From contig USLU01000022.1 of assembly GCA_900555635.1 (NCBI GenBank), positions 237 through 64,236 on the forward strand: a stretch of 64,000 nt of DNA, written 5' to 3'. The number at the start of each line of letters is the position of its first letter. The first letter of the stretch is position 1. This document shows positions 22,310 to 32,246 of this stretch, one piece after another. The notes under the pieces are model-generated. The model searched no databases. It saw only the letters and a list, made by a program, of their open reading frames with translations, and had not been told where the DNA came from. The position numbers were made by a program, and so were the translations under genes. Origin of the DNA: an uncultured Bacteroides sp. GTDB taxonomy: Bacteria; Bacteroidota; Bacteroidia; Bacteroidales; Bacteroidaceae.

Positions 22310-24208
22310 TTATCGAAAAAGAATATCTATACAAATTTTCTTCTCTGTACCATCAGGAATTATCCGCAAAGGTACAAAAGAAAAACCGGGAACAGGATTG
22401 AAAATTCGCCCATCTTTATCGGTAGGAGCAACTTCTATACATCCGGCTGTACAGGTTATGGATAAAATGCCTCCTTCCTTCTTGATAGATACTTCCTTGG
22501 AAGTTACTTTCACTGCTTCTGTAGGGGATGCAATAACCGGTAACATAAAGAATGTACCTTCATAACAGTTATCCACAGTTATTCCTACACCTTTTTTTGT
22601 ATAGGTATAGTCCAGTGTTATTGGAATTTCTCCTTGTGAGGGAGATTTTTGATTTATATCGACTAAATGGGTATTCACGGTAAAACGATAACCATTCTTT
22701 TCGGTATGGCAGATAATATCTGTATTCAGATCATCGAGATTGCTGTATACATTTCCATTTTGCATGAGTTCTATTCGTGGTGTACCTCCCATGATATATT
22801 CGCGACTGTTGCTCTGCATATTGGGAGCTTCAATCAATTGATATTGGTTCATGGTGGCAGCAAATATAGGCCCTGCCTGTGCATGCCACAACATGGAGAG
22901 TGCACCTCCCATCGGATGAGTGCCTTTTGTTTTATACTCTGCATCATATCCGGTAAATGTAGCACGCCAAGAGCCTTGGGAAATGAGCCAGGTATGAATA
23001 TCCTTGAAGTATTTCATACCATAGGCTTTGTCACGGGGAAGTTCTTTAGAAGAAGTAACATTCAAAGAAGGCAGTTCTAAAAAAGAAGTAATAGCTTTAG
23101 CATGCCCGAATGTATGATGAATGCAGGGAGGAATGCCGCAGGCACGATAATGCATGCCACCATAGAGCAATCCGTCGAAAGTAGCCTTTTTCAGCAACTG
23201 TACATTGCGGCGGATTGCTTCCAGATACTCAGGATGTTGAGCCGCCATTGCATAGTAACCTCCCATGAAACCATCGCTAGTACGTCCGCCCCAATAAGTC
23301 CATTTAAAACTGCGGGTTCCCCAGCTATTGTCCCAAGCACCATCGGGCAACATGAATTCAAGATGAGTAGCCATTGAACGGTCTACTAGAGCCAACAATT
23401 CAGTATCTCTCGCCATAATGGCATAATATGTCATGTTCGGCAAAGCTTCTTCTACATTATAAAGTAAGTCTATTGGCAGACAACCGTTCCTGGTCTTTGA
23501 CCATACGTTAGGACCTTCGCCAAACAGGAACGTATCGTTTTCTGTGAAAAAACTTTTTAAATCGTCAGCTACCTGACGGGCTTCTTTCTGAAAGTCAGGT
23601 CGGTTACACATCTCACCTATGGCATACAGGGCGTAAGTAGCCGAAGCTTGATAGTTCACATTCATATTCCGCATACCATTCCGTTTGCGGCTATATATAA
23701 AAGGAGTTGCCATCATAAACTCACCGGCTTCTACCAGCCTTTGCTTCCAATGGTTCCGGGTGGAATCGTCTAACAAATGACCATGATAGTGCAGTGCTTC
23801 ATAAAGGGCGATGGAAGCAAAGACTGTCGTGCCATTCCAGTCGGAGACATGTACATCGTTCATCCACGAGCCATTAGGAAGATGCACGTTTTCCATCCAT
23901 GCCATCAAGCGCTTGGCAGCAATAAGATACTTTTCATTGTGGGTATTTTCCGCCAGATACATTAATGGGAGTACAGCGTCTCCAATGCGTCCATGAATAC
24001 GGGCACAGGCAGGGCACAGAACGCCACCATCGAGAGACGGATGCAGATTGTCAAGCTGATAAGTAAGGAAGGTATCCATCCACTCCGTCAGCAACTTTAC
24101 TGATTCAAAACGTAAAGAATTATCAAACGACTGACTTTTATTTTCAGTCTCTTGGCCAGATAAGAATGACGCACTTAACAGCAGTAGTACGAAGATTAAG
24201 TTTCTCAT
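22310..24208 (-). CDS. Secreted protein of unknown function (helical N-half, beta-rich C-half)
   Basis: 632 aa, signal peptide, CPACARIHGR motif; first gene of the operon containing the HTCS. Confidence 0.7.
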   Translation of the reverse strand: MRNLIFVLLLLSASFLSGQETENKSQSFDNSLRFESVKLLTEWMDTFLTYQLDNLHPSLDGGVLCPACARIHGRIGDAVLPLMYLAENTHNEKYLIAAKRLMAWMENVHLPNGSWMNDVHVSDWNGTTVFASIALYEALHYHGHLLDDSTRNHWKQRLVEAGEFMMATPFIYSRKRNGMRNMNVNYQASATYALYAIGEMCNRPDFQKEARQVADDLKSFFTENDTFLFGEGPNVWSKTRNGCLPIDLLYNVEEALPNMTYYAIMARDTELLALVDRSMATHLEFMLPDGAWDNSWGTRSFKWTYWGGRTSDGFMGGYYAMAAQHPEYLEAIRRNVQLLKKATFDGLLYGGMHYRACGIPPCIHHTFGHAKAITSFLELPSLNVTSSKELPRDKAYGMKYFKDIHTWLISQGSWRATFTGYDAEYKTKGTHPMGGALSMLWHAQAGPIFAATMNQYQLIEAPNMQSNSREYIMGGTPRIELMQNGNVYSNLDDLNTDIICHTEKNGYRFTVNTHLVDINQKSPSQGEIPITLDYTYTKKGVGITVDNCYEGTFFMLPVIASPTEAVKVTSKEVSIKKEGGILSITCTAGCIEVAPTDKDGRIFNPVPGFSFVPLRIIPDGTEKKICIDILFR

Positions 24209-24308
24209 GTTTTTCTGATTAGATTACAATTTCAAAAGTAGAAGATTGTTTCCAGTCTTTACACCTCTTTTATATAATATACTATCCACATTCGTCCATA
24301 AGCAACCG

Positions 24309-24341
24309 TAATATTGTTGAATCACTGCTAATATTGTCGAA
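24309..24341. promoter_or_regulatory. Putative HTCS operator in the divergent intergenic region
   Basis: taatattgttgaa (24309) and taatattgtcgaa (24329); -7 box TACTTTTG on minus strand at 24233-24240. Confidence 0.65.
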
Positions 24342-24454
24342 ATATGGCTCCTCAAAACAATATTAGCACTCTTTTCGACATAAGAAAGCACTTGCTATGT
24401 AGAAACGCCCTACTTTAGCTTCCGGAAAATATCATCCTTAATACCTACTATTTT

Positions 24455-26416
24455 ATGAGACACTTACCTTTATTATTTTGCACTGCTTACTGCGGTTTAT
24501 ATTCCATGCACACCGAAGCATCCGACAAAAAAAACGAAAGGCCCAATATTCTTTGGTTAACCTTCGAAGATACCAGTGCTTACGAATTTGGTTGCTATGG
24601 CAATAATGATGTACATACCCCCAATGCAGACAGCCTCGCAGCTCGCGGCATACAATTTATGAATGCGTGGTCTGTAGCTCCACAAAGTTCGGCAGCACGT
24701 TCATCGCTTATCACCGGATGTTATTCTTCTACATACGGAATGGACATACATCCTGTTCCTTATGATACTCCTGCCGACCTTTTTTTCCCTCAAAGATTGC
24801 GTGAAGCCGGTTATTACTGCACCAACAACAGTAAAACTCATTACAACTCAACTACAGATAACAAAAGTTGTTGGGACGAATGCAACAACAAAGCATCCTA
24901 TAACAGTCCGAAACGAGGAAAAGACCAACCTTTCTTTGCCGTATACAATACAGTAACTTCTCACATGGGACGCGTCCGCACGTTCCATACCGACGGACGC
25001 AGGGATTATACACAAGAAGGTATTTATCCGCAACAGCTTACTCTACCTTCTTATGTGCCCGATCTGCCCGAAGTGCGGTCGGATTATGCCGGACATCTGG
25101 AAGCGGTACAAGATGTAGATACCTGGTTGGGCTTCTTCCTGAAAGACTTAAAGGAAAAAGGGTTGGATGACAATACAATCATATTCTTTTTCAGCGATCA
25201 TGGTGGTTGTGTGGCACGCGGTAAAGGTTATCTATATGAAAGTGGATTAAAGGTTCCTATGTTAGCATACTTCCCTCCCAAATGGCAACACCTGGCAAAT
25301 GGCGCAAAAGGCAAAGAGAACGGCTTGGTGAATTTTACCGATTTGGGGCCGACAGTACTTAGTTTAGCAGGTGTAAAGCCTCCCAAGCAGATGCAAGGCA
25401 AAGCTCTCTACGGAAAATTCGCCAGTAAAGAGAAGCGTGAAGTTCAGTTTGCACTGGCAGCCAACCAACTACATCACTTTATGCCAGTACGTGCAGTCAC
25501 CGACGGGCACTTCAAGTATATCCGCAGCTATATCCCTTACCGCCAGTTTGCTTTGCGTAATTATTACCAATGGGGTATGCCATCCAATAAAGCTTGGGAT
25601 AAACTCGTATTGGGAGGGCATAATACAAACCCTGACTGGGCGCTGACTTTCGAGGCTCATCCGGCAGACATGCTGTTCGACCTGGAAAAAGATCCGGGCG
25701 AGTTGCACGATTTATCGGGTTGTCCGGAATATGCAGAAGTACTTTCCAAAATGCGTCAGGCATTATCCGACCATATCCGTTCTACTGTAGACCTGGGATT
25801 CTTCTTGCCCGACTCACGTACCGGACATATCCTTTATGACAAAGTACGCAAAGAAAAGTATCCGTTAGAAGAACTTTATAATCTTGTGGAGTTGGCCGGA
25901 AACGCTACCACAACCCATCTTCCACTATTAGAGAGAGCCATTAACAGTCCTCTCACTGAAATGAGATTCTGGGGTGCTGTGGGATATGCCAAACTTGCCA
26001 GAGAGAAACAAATCACTACTTGTCCGCCAGCCTTATTGGCACTCCTGCAAGATGATAATCCGTATATTGCCTCCGAAGCCGCATACGCTGCCGCCTATCT
26101 AGGCAAAGCACAGGAAGGCATTGCCCGCCTTGTTACCCCCGTTCAGGAAAGTGATCGAAAAATAGGTTATTCCTCCTTGGAATGTATATCTTTAGACCCT
26201 GAAATGCGTGGTTATATCCGCCCCTTCCTTCCACAACTGAAAGAAGCAGCAGAAACCCTGCCACGCCTTGAAAATGAAGATGCCGGCTTGATGGCACGCG
26301 GTATTCTTGTGAATCTAGGCGAGATGGATATCAAAGACCTGCACGGTCCCGAAGCCTATAAACAAGGATTAAAGCTGAACCACGGACGTAGACCTATGGT
26401 TCCGCTACCCAACTAA
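24455..26416 (+). CDS. Ser-type S1 sulfatase (SGSH/sulfamidase-like) with C-terminal HEAT-like repeats
   Basis: RPNILWLTFED, SSAAR signature, SDHG, LFDLEKDPGELHDL; C-terminal MRFWGAVG, LLQDDNPYIASEAAYA repeats. Confidence 0.8.
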   Translation: MRHLPLLFCTAYCGLYSMHTEASDKKNERPNILWLTFEDTSAYEFGCYGNNDVHTPNADSLAARGIQFMNAWSVAPQSSAARSSLITGCYSSTYGMDIHPVPYDTPADLFFPQRLREAGYYCTNNSKTHYNSTTDNKSCWDECNNKASYNSPKRGKDQPFFAVYNTVTSHMGRVRTFHTDGRRDYTQEGIYPQQLTLPSYVPDLPEVRSDYAGHLEAVQDVDTWLGFFLKDLKEKGLDDNTIIFFFSDHGGCVARGKGYLYESGLKVPMLAYFPPKWQHLANGAKGKENGLVNFTDLGPTVLSLAGVKPPKQMQGKALYGKFASKEKREVQFALAANQLHHFMPVRAVTDGHFKYIRSYIPYRQFALRNYYQWGMPSNKAWDKLVLGGHNTNPDWALTFEAHPADMLFDLEKDPGELHDLSGCPEYAEVLSKMRQALSDHIRSTVDLGFFLPDSRTGHILYDKVRKEKYPLEELYNLVELAGNATTTHLPLLERAINSPLTEMRFWGAVGYAKLAREKQITTCPPALLALLQDDNPYIASEAAYAAAYLGKAQEGIARLVTPVQESDRKIGYSSLECISLDPEMRGYIRPFLPQLKEAAETLPRLENEDAGLMARGILVNLGEMDIKDLHGPEAYKQGLKLNHGRRPMVPLPN

Positions 26417-26441
26417 TTTGCAATCATAATATTAATAAAGA

Positions 26442-27611
26442 ATGAAAACAACTACATTAATCGCTTTATACCTCCTAGCCTTGAGTGGAACAAGTCCCCT
26501 CTATGCACAATCCAATAAACTAGTGCCTCTGAAGGAGCGCGTCAACGTACAAGCAGACTCAGCACGTACTAACCAGATTATTGATGGTCGTTGGGTAGGC
26601 GTAGGCACCGGAAAGCCTCATACCATCCAGTTGGATTACACCCGCCCCTTCCAAGGTAAGCCTTCTTATCGTTTCGAACTGAAGCAAGAAGATAATACCC
26701 TGGAAGGTTATTCGGCAGGAGAAACTAAAGGCCGCGCAGAATTATGCTACTGCTATGCCACAGCCAATGACTTCCGTAATCATCCCGCTTCTGAATATTC
26801 CAGCGCCCAAAAGATGAAGACCGTATATCATTACGGCAAAGGCAGCTGTCCACAAGGTTCGTCCATGAGTTATACATTCTCCGTTTATATCCCCGGCACC
26901 CTGGACAAAGAAGTATCTACCATCTTCGCCCAATGGCACGGCATGCCTAGCCGGACACTAGTATCAGACCCTAGCGGCAAAGTAATGAGGCTCACCACAG
27001 AAGAATTTCTGGAACTGGAAAAGCGAATGATCTTCAAGAAAGATACCGCATACGACAAGGTAATGAAAATCAATGCCAAAGGAGATACGATCTACAAAGC
27101 CGGAAAAGCCAACGGATGGTTGATAGAGCAAGGAGGCTATCCCCCACTCGCCTTCGGCTTTTCGCAGGGTTACTTCTACATCAAATCGAATTCTGATCGT
27201 AAATGGCTGACCGATAAAACAGACCGCTGTAATGCCAGTCCCGATAAGACTGAGGTCCTGAAACCCGTCACCTCCACCTATAAAGCCTCTACAATAGCTT
27301 ACAAAATGCCCTTCGAAAGTTTTCCCAAAGACTGCTGGGTTACTTTCAAAGTAGATATAGACTGGACCATGTATGGAAGAGAGAAACAAACCATCCGCAA
27401 ACTCGGCATGCTAGACGTAGTAATGACTTATCCACAATCCGGCAAAGAGATTAAAAAACATATCGTTGACAACGAACAGATTCTAATCGGTCGCAATGAT
27501 GAAGAAGGGTATTACTTCAAATTCGGTATTTACCGTGTAGGAAACAGTACCATTCCGGTTTGCTACAACCTAGCCGGCTACGAAGAGCACGAAAAGGTTT
27601 CTCCAAAATAG
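26442..27611 (+). CDS. hepA: Heparin lyase I (PL13)
   Basis: ERVNVQADSA, GETKGRAE, TIFAQWHGMP, EQGGYPPLAFGF, YFKFGIYR; signal peptide. Confidence 0.92.
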   Translation: MKTTTLIALYLLALSGTSPLYAQSNKLVPLKERVNVQADSARTNQIIDGRWVGVGTGKPHTIQLDYTRPFQGKPSYRFELKQEDNTLEGYSAGETKGRAELCYCYATANDFRNHPASEYSSAQKMKTVYHYGKGSCPQGSSMSYTFSVYIPGTLDKEVSTIFAQWHGMPSRTLVSDPSGKVMRLTTEEFLELEKRMIFKKDTAYDKVMKINAKGDTIYKAGKANGWLIEQGGYPPLAFGFSQGYFYIKSNSDRKWLTDKTDRCNASPDKTEVLKPVTSTYKASTIAYKMPFESFPKDCWVTFKVDIDWTMYGREKQTIRKLGMLDVVMTYPQSGKEIKKHIVDNEQILIGRNDEEGYYFKFGIYRVGNSTIPVCYNLAGYEEHEKVSPK

Positions 27612-27616
27612 ATTTA

Positions 27617-28975
27617 TTATGCCTTAGCAGCTGCCGCCTTGAATTTGCGGAATTGCCAAGTAAGCATCATTACCGCAATCAAGCAGGCACAGAAATCAGC
27701 CACCGGCATACTGTACCATACACCTGCCACTCCATAGAATTGTGGCAGGATCAGCAAGCAAGGAACCAAGATAAGCATTTGGCGGGTAAGTGACAAGAAA
27801 ATGGCTTTACTCGCCATGCCAATGCTTTGAAAGAAGTTGGCAGTCACCATCTGAAAGCCGATAATCGGGAAAAACATCACCACAATACTTAATCCGCGAG
27901 ACGAAAGAGCAATCAGTTCCCGGTCTGAAGTAAAGATGCCCACTGCCAATTCGGGAATAAACATACCTATCAGGAAGCCGGTAGTGGTTACGATGGTTGC
28001 AAAAATAATGGTCAACTTCAGCACTTCCGTGACACGTGCATATTGCTTTGCACCAAAGTTATATCCGGCGATAGGTTGCATACCCTGATTCAATCCCATC
28101 ACAATCATAATGAAGACAAACACCAATCTATTGACAATGCCGAACGCACCGATAGCCAAATCGCCTCCATATTGCTTCAGTCCCTGATTGATAAGTATCA
28201 CAATAAGGCATGCCGCCAAGTTCATAAGAAAAGGAGACATACCGATAGCCAATGAATCTACGACAATCTTACGACGCAAACGGAAAATACCTTTCCTGAA
28301 ATGAAGCAACTCTTCCTTATTAGTAAACAGTTTGAATTGCCACATCAATGCCATCACTTGTGCTGTGATTGTAGCTATAGCAGCACCACGAATCCCCCAC
28401 CCCAGGACAAAAATAAAGATCGGAGCCAGAATAATATTAATCACTACTGTGGCAATCGTAGCATACATCGCCTTCTGAGGATGTCCCGCCGAACGAAGTA
28501 CGGCATTCAGACCAAGATACATGTGAGTCACCACATTGCCCAACAATATAATCTGCATAAACTCACGTGCATACTTCACTGTCTCGTCGCTACCACCGAA
28601 GAAGTATAAGATAGGATCAAGATAGATTAAAGTCACTACAGAGAACGATATACCAAGGATTATATTAAGAACCAACACATTTCCCAACACCCGCTGAGCC
28701 GTATCATAATCCTTTTGCCCCAGTTTGACCGAAACCAGTGTTGCAGCTCCCACGCCTACCAATGACCCGAAGGCAGCAGCAAGGTTCATCAGCGGAAAAG
28801 TCAACGCCAGCCCCGAAATGGCCATTGTTCCTACTCCGTGACCGATGAAAATACTATCCACCATATTATATAAAGAAGATGCTGTCATGGCAATGATTGC
28901 CGGTATGGCATATTGCATCAGTAGTTTACTAATCTTTTCCGTGCCCAACGCTGTGGGTGTTTTTTGTCCTGTCAT
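27617..28975 (-). CDS. MATE-family efflux transporter (MepA-like)
   Basis: LGTEKISKLLMQYAIP, YNMVDSIFIG, GMQPIAGYNFGAK; 12 TM. Confidence 0.9.
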   Translation of the reverse strand: MTGQKTPTALGTEKISKLLMQYAIPAIIAMTASSLYNMVDSIFIGHGVGTMAISGLALTFPLMNLAAAFGSLVGVGAATLVSVKLGQKDYDTAQRVLGNVLVLNIILGISFSVVTLIYLDPILYFFGGSDETVKYAREFMQIILLGNVVTHMYLGLNAVLRSAGHPQKAMYATIATVVINIILAPIFIFVLGWGIRGAAIATITAQVMALMWQFKLFTNKEELLHFRKGIFRLRRKIVVDSLAIGMSPFLMNLAACLIVILINQGLKQYGGDLAIGAFGIVNRLVFVFIMIVMGLNQGMQPIAGYNFGAKQYARVTEVLKLTIIFATIVTTTGFLIGMFIPELAVGIFTSDRELIALSSRGLSIVVMFFPIIGFQMVTANFFQSIGMASKAIFLSLTRQMLILVPCLLILPQFYGVAGVWYSMPVADFCACLIAVMMLTWQFRKFKAAAAKA

Positions 28976-29118
28976 ACTATACCTACTTCATTTTGAGGGT
29001 GCAAAGGTACTCATTTTTCAGGAAGTTAACAAGCCTATCCTCCGGCATTCATCACAAAATAACTTTCCTCCCTAACAAAAGATCCCTTGAATGCCTTTAA
29101 AAGATTTCATCCATACGA

Positions 29119-29218
29119 CGCAAACTTCATTTCCTAACTTGAAACTTATATTTCAGGACTTGAAATATACATTTCAAAGCCTGATTTTTATATTTCACGC
29201 CCTGAAATATAGATTGCG
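29119..29218. repeat. Array of palindromic units with exact 21-bp period (TGAAA-N6-TTTCA)
   Basis: Units start at 29119 (degenerate), 29140, 29161, 29182 and 29203. Confidence 0.8.
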
Positions 29219-29366
29219 CAGTGAGTGTGGAAAGTTTGGATTACGAGGAAAATAACTTCCCATCGCATCGTCAGCAACTATCCTATTAGCTTTATTTATA
29301 GAAAATATAGCGCTATCTGAAAAATGTTTCGTACTTTTGTACCCAAATTGAGTGAAATATAGCGAA

Positions 29367-31097
29367 ATGAACGTATTAGAACTAAGTGAACAGGAAATCA
29401 TTCGTCGCAACAGTATGAATGAACTTCGCGCGATGGGTATCGAACCCTATCCCGCAGCAGAGTATGTAACCAATGCTTTCTCTACCGATATTAAAGCTGA
29501 ATTCAAAGACGACGAAGAGCCTCGCCAAGTATCCGTAGCCGGACGTATGATGAGCCGTCGTGTCATGGGAAAAGCTTCCTTCATTGAATTACAGGATTCC
29601 AAAGGACGTATCCAGGTTTATATTACCCGCGATGACATCTGCCCGGGAGAAGACAAAGAGATGTACAACACCGTGTTCAAACGTTTGCTCGACCTAGGTG
29701 ACTTCATCGGCATCGAAGGCTTTGTATTCCGTACCCAGATGGGCGAAATCAGTATCCATGCTAAGAAAATAACCGTTCTTTCAAAGAGTATCAAGCCGCT
29801 ACCCATCGTTAAATATAAAGATGGCGTTGCCTACGACTCTTTTGAAGATCCGGAACTCCGTTATCGCCAACGCTACGTCGACCTGATTGTAAACGACGGT
29901 GTGAAAGAAACCTTCCTGAAACGTGCCAAAATTATCAGCACCATGCGTGCCGTACTCGATGAAGCCGGATATACCGAAGTAGAAACTCCGATATTGCAGT
30001 CCATCCCCGGTGGCGCAAGTGCACGTCCTTTCATTACACACCATAACTCATTGGATATGGACCTCTACCTGCGCATCGCTACCGAACTTTATCTGAAGCG
30101 ACTGATCGTAGGAGGATTCGAAGGCGTATATGAAATCGGAAAGAATTTCCGTAACGAAGGTATGGACAAGAACCATAACCCCGAATTTACTTGCGTGGAA
30201 CTCTACGTACAATATAAGGACTACAACTGGATGATGAGTTTCACCGAGAAATTACTGGAACGCATCTGTATCGCTGTAAACGGTTGCACTGAAACCGAAA
30301 TCGACGGTAAGACCATCAGTTTCAAAGCTCCTTATCGTCGCCTGCCTATATTGGAAGCAATTAAGGAAAAGACCGGTTACGACCTCGAAGGCAAGAATGA
30401 AGACGAAATCCGTCAAGTTTGCCTTGAACTGAAAATGGATATCGACGATACCATGGGTAAAGGCAAGTTGATAGACGAAATATTCGGTGAGTTCTGCGAA
30501 GGAACTTTCATACAACCCACTTTCATCACCGACTACCCTGTTGAGATGAGCCCGTTGACCAAGATGCACCGCAGCAAACCAGGATTGACCGAACGCTTCG
30601 AACTCATGGTAAACGGCAAGGAGTTGGCCAACGCTTACAGCGAGCTTAACGACCCCATCGACCAGGAAGAACGCTTCAAAGACCAGCTGCAATTGAGCGA
30701 AAAGGGAGATGACGAAGCCATGTTCATCGATCAGGATTTCTTGAAAGCGCTGCAATACGGTATGCCTCCTACATCAGGTATCGGTATCGGAATTGACCGT
30801 CTGACGATGTTGATGACCGGCAAAGCGTTTATTCAGGAAGTACTTTTCTTCCCGCAAATGCGTCCGGAGAAAGTGATCCCGAAAGATACTCCCGCCAAAT
30901 TCATGGAACTGGGCATCCCCGAAGAATGGGTACCTGTAATCCAAAAGGCAGGTTACAACTTAGTGAGTGACATGAAAGATGTGAACCCGCAGAAGTTACA
31001 CATGGATATCTGTGGCATCAACAAGAAGTATAAACTGGAACTGACTGCCCCGACGGTGAACGACGTTGCCGACTGGATCAGTTCGATCAAAAATTAA
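29367..31097 (+). CDS. lysS: Lysine--tRNA ligase (class II)
   Basis: OB fold, [35 protein letters not shown]; start MNVLEL; -7 box TACTTTTG at 29332-29339. Confidence 0.97.
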   Translation: MNVLELSEQEIIRRNSMNELRAMGIEPYPAAEYVTNAFSTDIKAEFKDDEEPRQVSVAGRMMSRRVMGKASFIELQDSKGRIQVYITRDDICPGEDKEMYNTVFKRLLDLGDFIGIEGFVFRTQMGEISIHAKKITVLSKSIKPLPIVKYKDGVAYDSFEDPELRYRQRYVDLIVNDGVKETFLKRAKIISTMRAVLDEAGYTEVETPILQSIPGGASARPFITHHNSLDMDLYLRIATELYLKRLIVGGFEGVYEIGKNFRNEGMDKNHNPEFTCVELYVQYKDYNWMMSFTEKLLERICIAVNGCTETEIDGKTISFKAPYRRLPILEAIKEKTGYDLEGKNEDEIRQVCLELKMDIDDTMGKGKLIDEIFGEFCEGTFIQPTFITDYPVEMSPLTKMHRSKPGLTERFELMVNGKELANAYSELNDPIDQEERFKDQLQLSEKGDDEAMFIDQDFLKALQYGMPPTSGIGIGIDRLTMLMTGKAFIQEVLFFPQMRPEKVIPKDTPAKFMELGIPEEWVPVIQKAGYNLVSDMKDVNPQKLHMDICGINKKYKLELTAPTVNDVADWISSIKN

Positions 31098-31194
31098 GAA
31101 TTAAAAATTAAAACTAAGATAAGCAAGATTAAAAGATAAAAGGGGAGAAGACAAACCTTTGCCCCTTTTAATTTTTAATTTTTAATTATTAATT
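31092..31194. repeat. Heptamer-array inverted repeat (AATTAAR)n...(TTTAATT)n with inner GC stem
   Basis: aattaag aattaaa aattaaa ... aaaagggg / cccctttt ... tttaatt tttaatt tttaatt attaatt; fills the lysS-gpsA spacer. Confidence 0.7.
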
Positions 31195-31197
31195 ATC

Positions 31198-32193
31198 ATG
31201 AAACTACCCGGTAAGATAGCCATCATGGGCGGAGGAAGTTGGGCAACTGCCATTGCAAAAATGGTACTTTCTCAAGCAGAGTCGATAAATTGGTACATGC
31301 GACGAGATGATCGTATTGCCGATTTCAAACGACTTGGACATAATCCTGCCTACTTGACGGGCGTCAAATTCGATTCTAAGCGTATTAATTTCAGCTCCAA
31401 TATCAACGATGTAGTGAGAGACTCTGACACGCTTATATTCGTGACCCCCTCACCTTATTTGAAATCTCACTTGAAAAAGTTGAAGACGAAAATAAAGGAT
31501 AAATTCATCATCACAGCAATTAAAGGTATTGTACCCGACGATAACATGATCGTTTCGGAGTACTTTACGAAAGAATATGGCGTACCGGCTGAAAATATCG
31601 CTGTACTGGCAGGTCCCTGCCATGCGGAAGAAGTAGCCTTGGAACGCCTTTCTTATTTAACCATAGCTTGCCCGGATACGGACAAAGCATGTACCATCGC
31701 CCGTAATCTGGCCAGCTCCTACATCAAGACATCTGTCAGTAACGATGTCGCAGGCATCGAATACAGTTCGGTGCTGAAAAACGTATATGCCATTGCAGCC
31801 GGTATTTGCAGCGGTCTGAAGTATGGAGATAACTTTCAGGCCGTGCTCATGTCCAATGCCATACAAGAGATGAACCGTTTCCTGCAAACAGTACATCCGT
31901 TGAACCGGAATGTGAACGATTCTGTTTATTTGGGTGACTTGTTAGTAACCGGATATTCCAATTTCAGCCGTAACCGTACGTTCGGTACCATGATTGGCAA
32001 AGGTTACTCTGTAAAAAGCGCACAGATTGAAATGGAAATGATTGCAGAAGGTTACTTCGGTACCAAGTGTATCAAAGAAATCAACAAGCACCACCACGTC
32101 AATATGCCGATAGTAGATGCTGTATACAATATCTTGTACGAACGTATCTCACCCATGATAGAGATTAAGCTGTTGACGGATTCATTCCGTTAA
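31198..32193 (+). CDS. gpsA: NAD(P)H-dependent glycerol-3-phosphate dehydrogenase
   Basis: GGGSWATA, AIKG, GPCHAEEV, LKNVYAIAAG, GDLLVT..S..SRNR. Confidence 0.95.
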   Translation: MKLPGKIAIMGGGSWATAIAKMVLSQAESINWYMRRDDRIADFKRLGHNPAYLTGVKFDSKRINFSSNINDVVRDSDTLIFVTPSPYLKSHLKKLKTKIKDKFIITAIKGIVPDDNMIVSEYFTKEYGVPAENIAVLAGPCHAEEVALERLSYLTIACPDTDKACTIARNLASSYIKTSVSNDVAGIEYSSVLKNVYAIAAGICSGLKYGDNFQAVLMSNAIQEMNRFLQTVHPLNRNVNDSVYLGDLLVTGYSNFSRNRTFGTMIGKGYSVKSAQIEMEMIAEGYFGTKCIKEINKHHHVNMPIVDAVYNILYERISPMIEIKLLTDSFR

Positions 32194-32246
32194 CCGGCAT
32201 CTCAGAAAAGAATGATAACATAAGACTTTAACCCTTTAATATAATA

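Noticed and set aside
29119..29218. CRISPR array
   Set aside because: Period is 21 bp with 5-nt linkers, there are no unique spacers, and no cas genes are in the window
30870..31097. Extra C-terminal domain on LysS
   Set aside because: As I recall, a common feature of Bacteroides LysS rather than something specific to this locus
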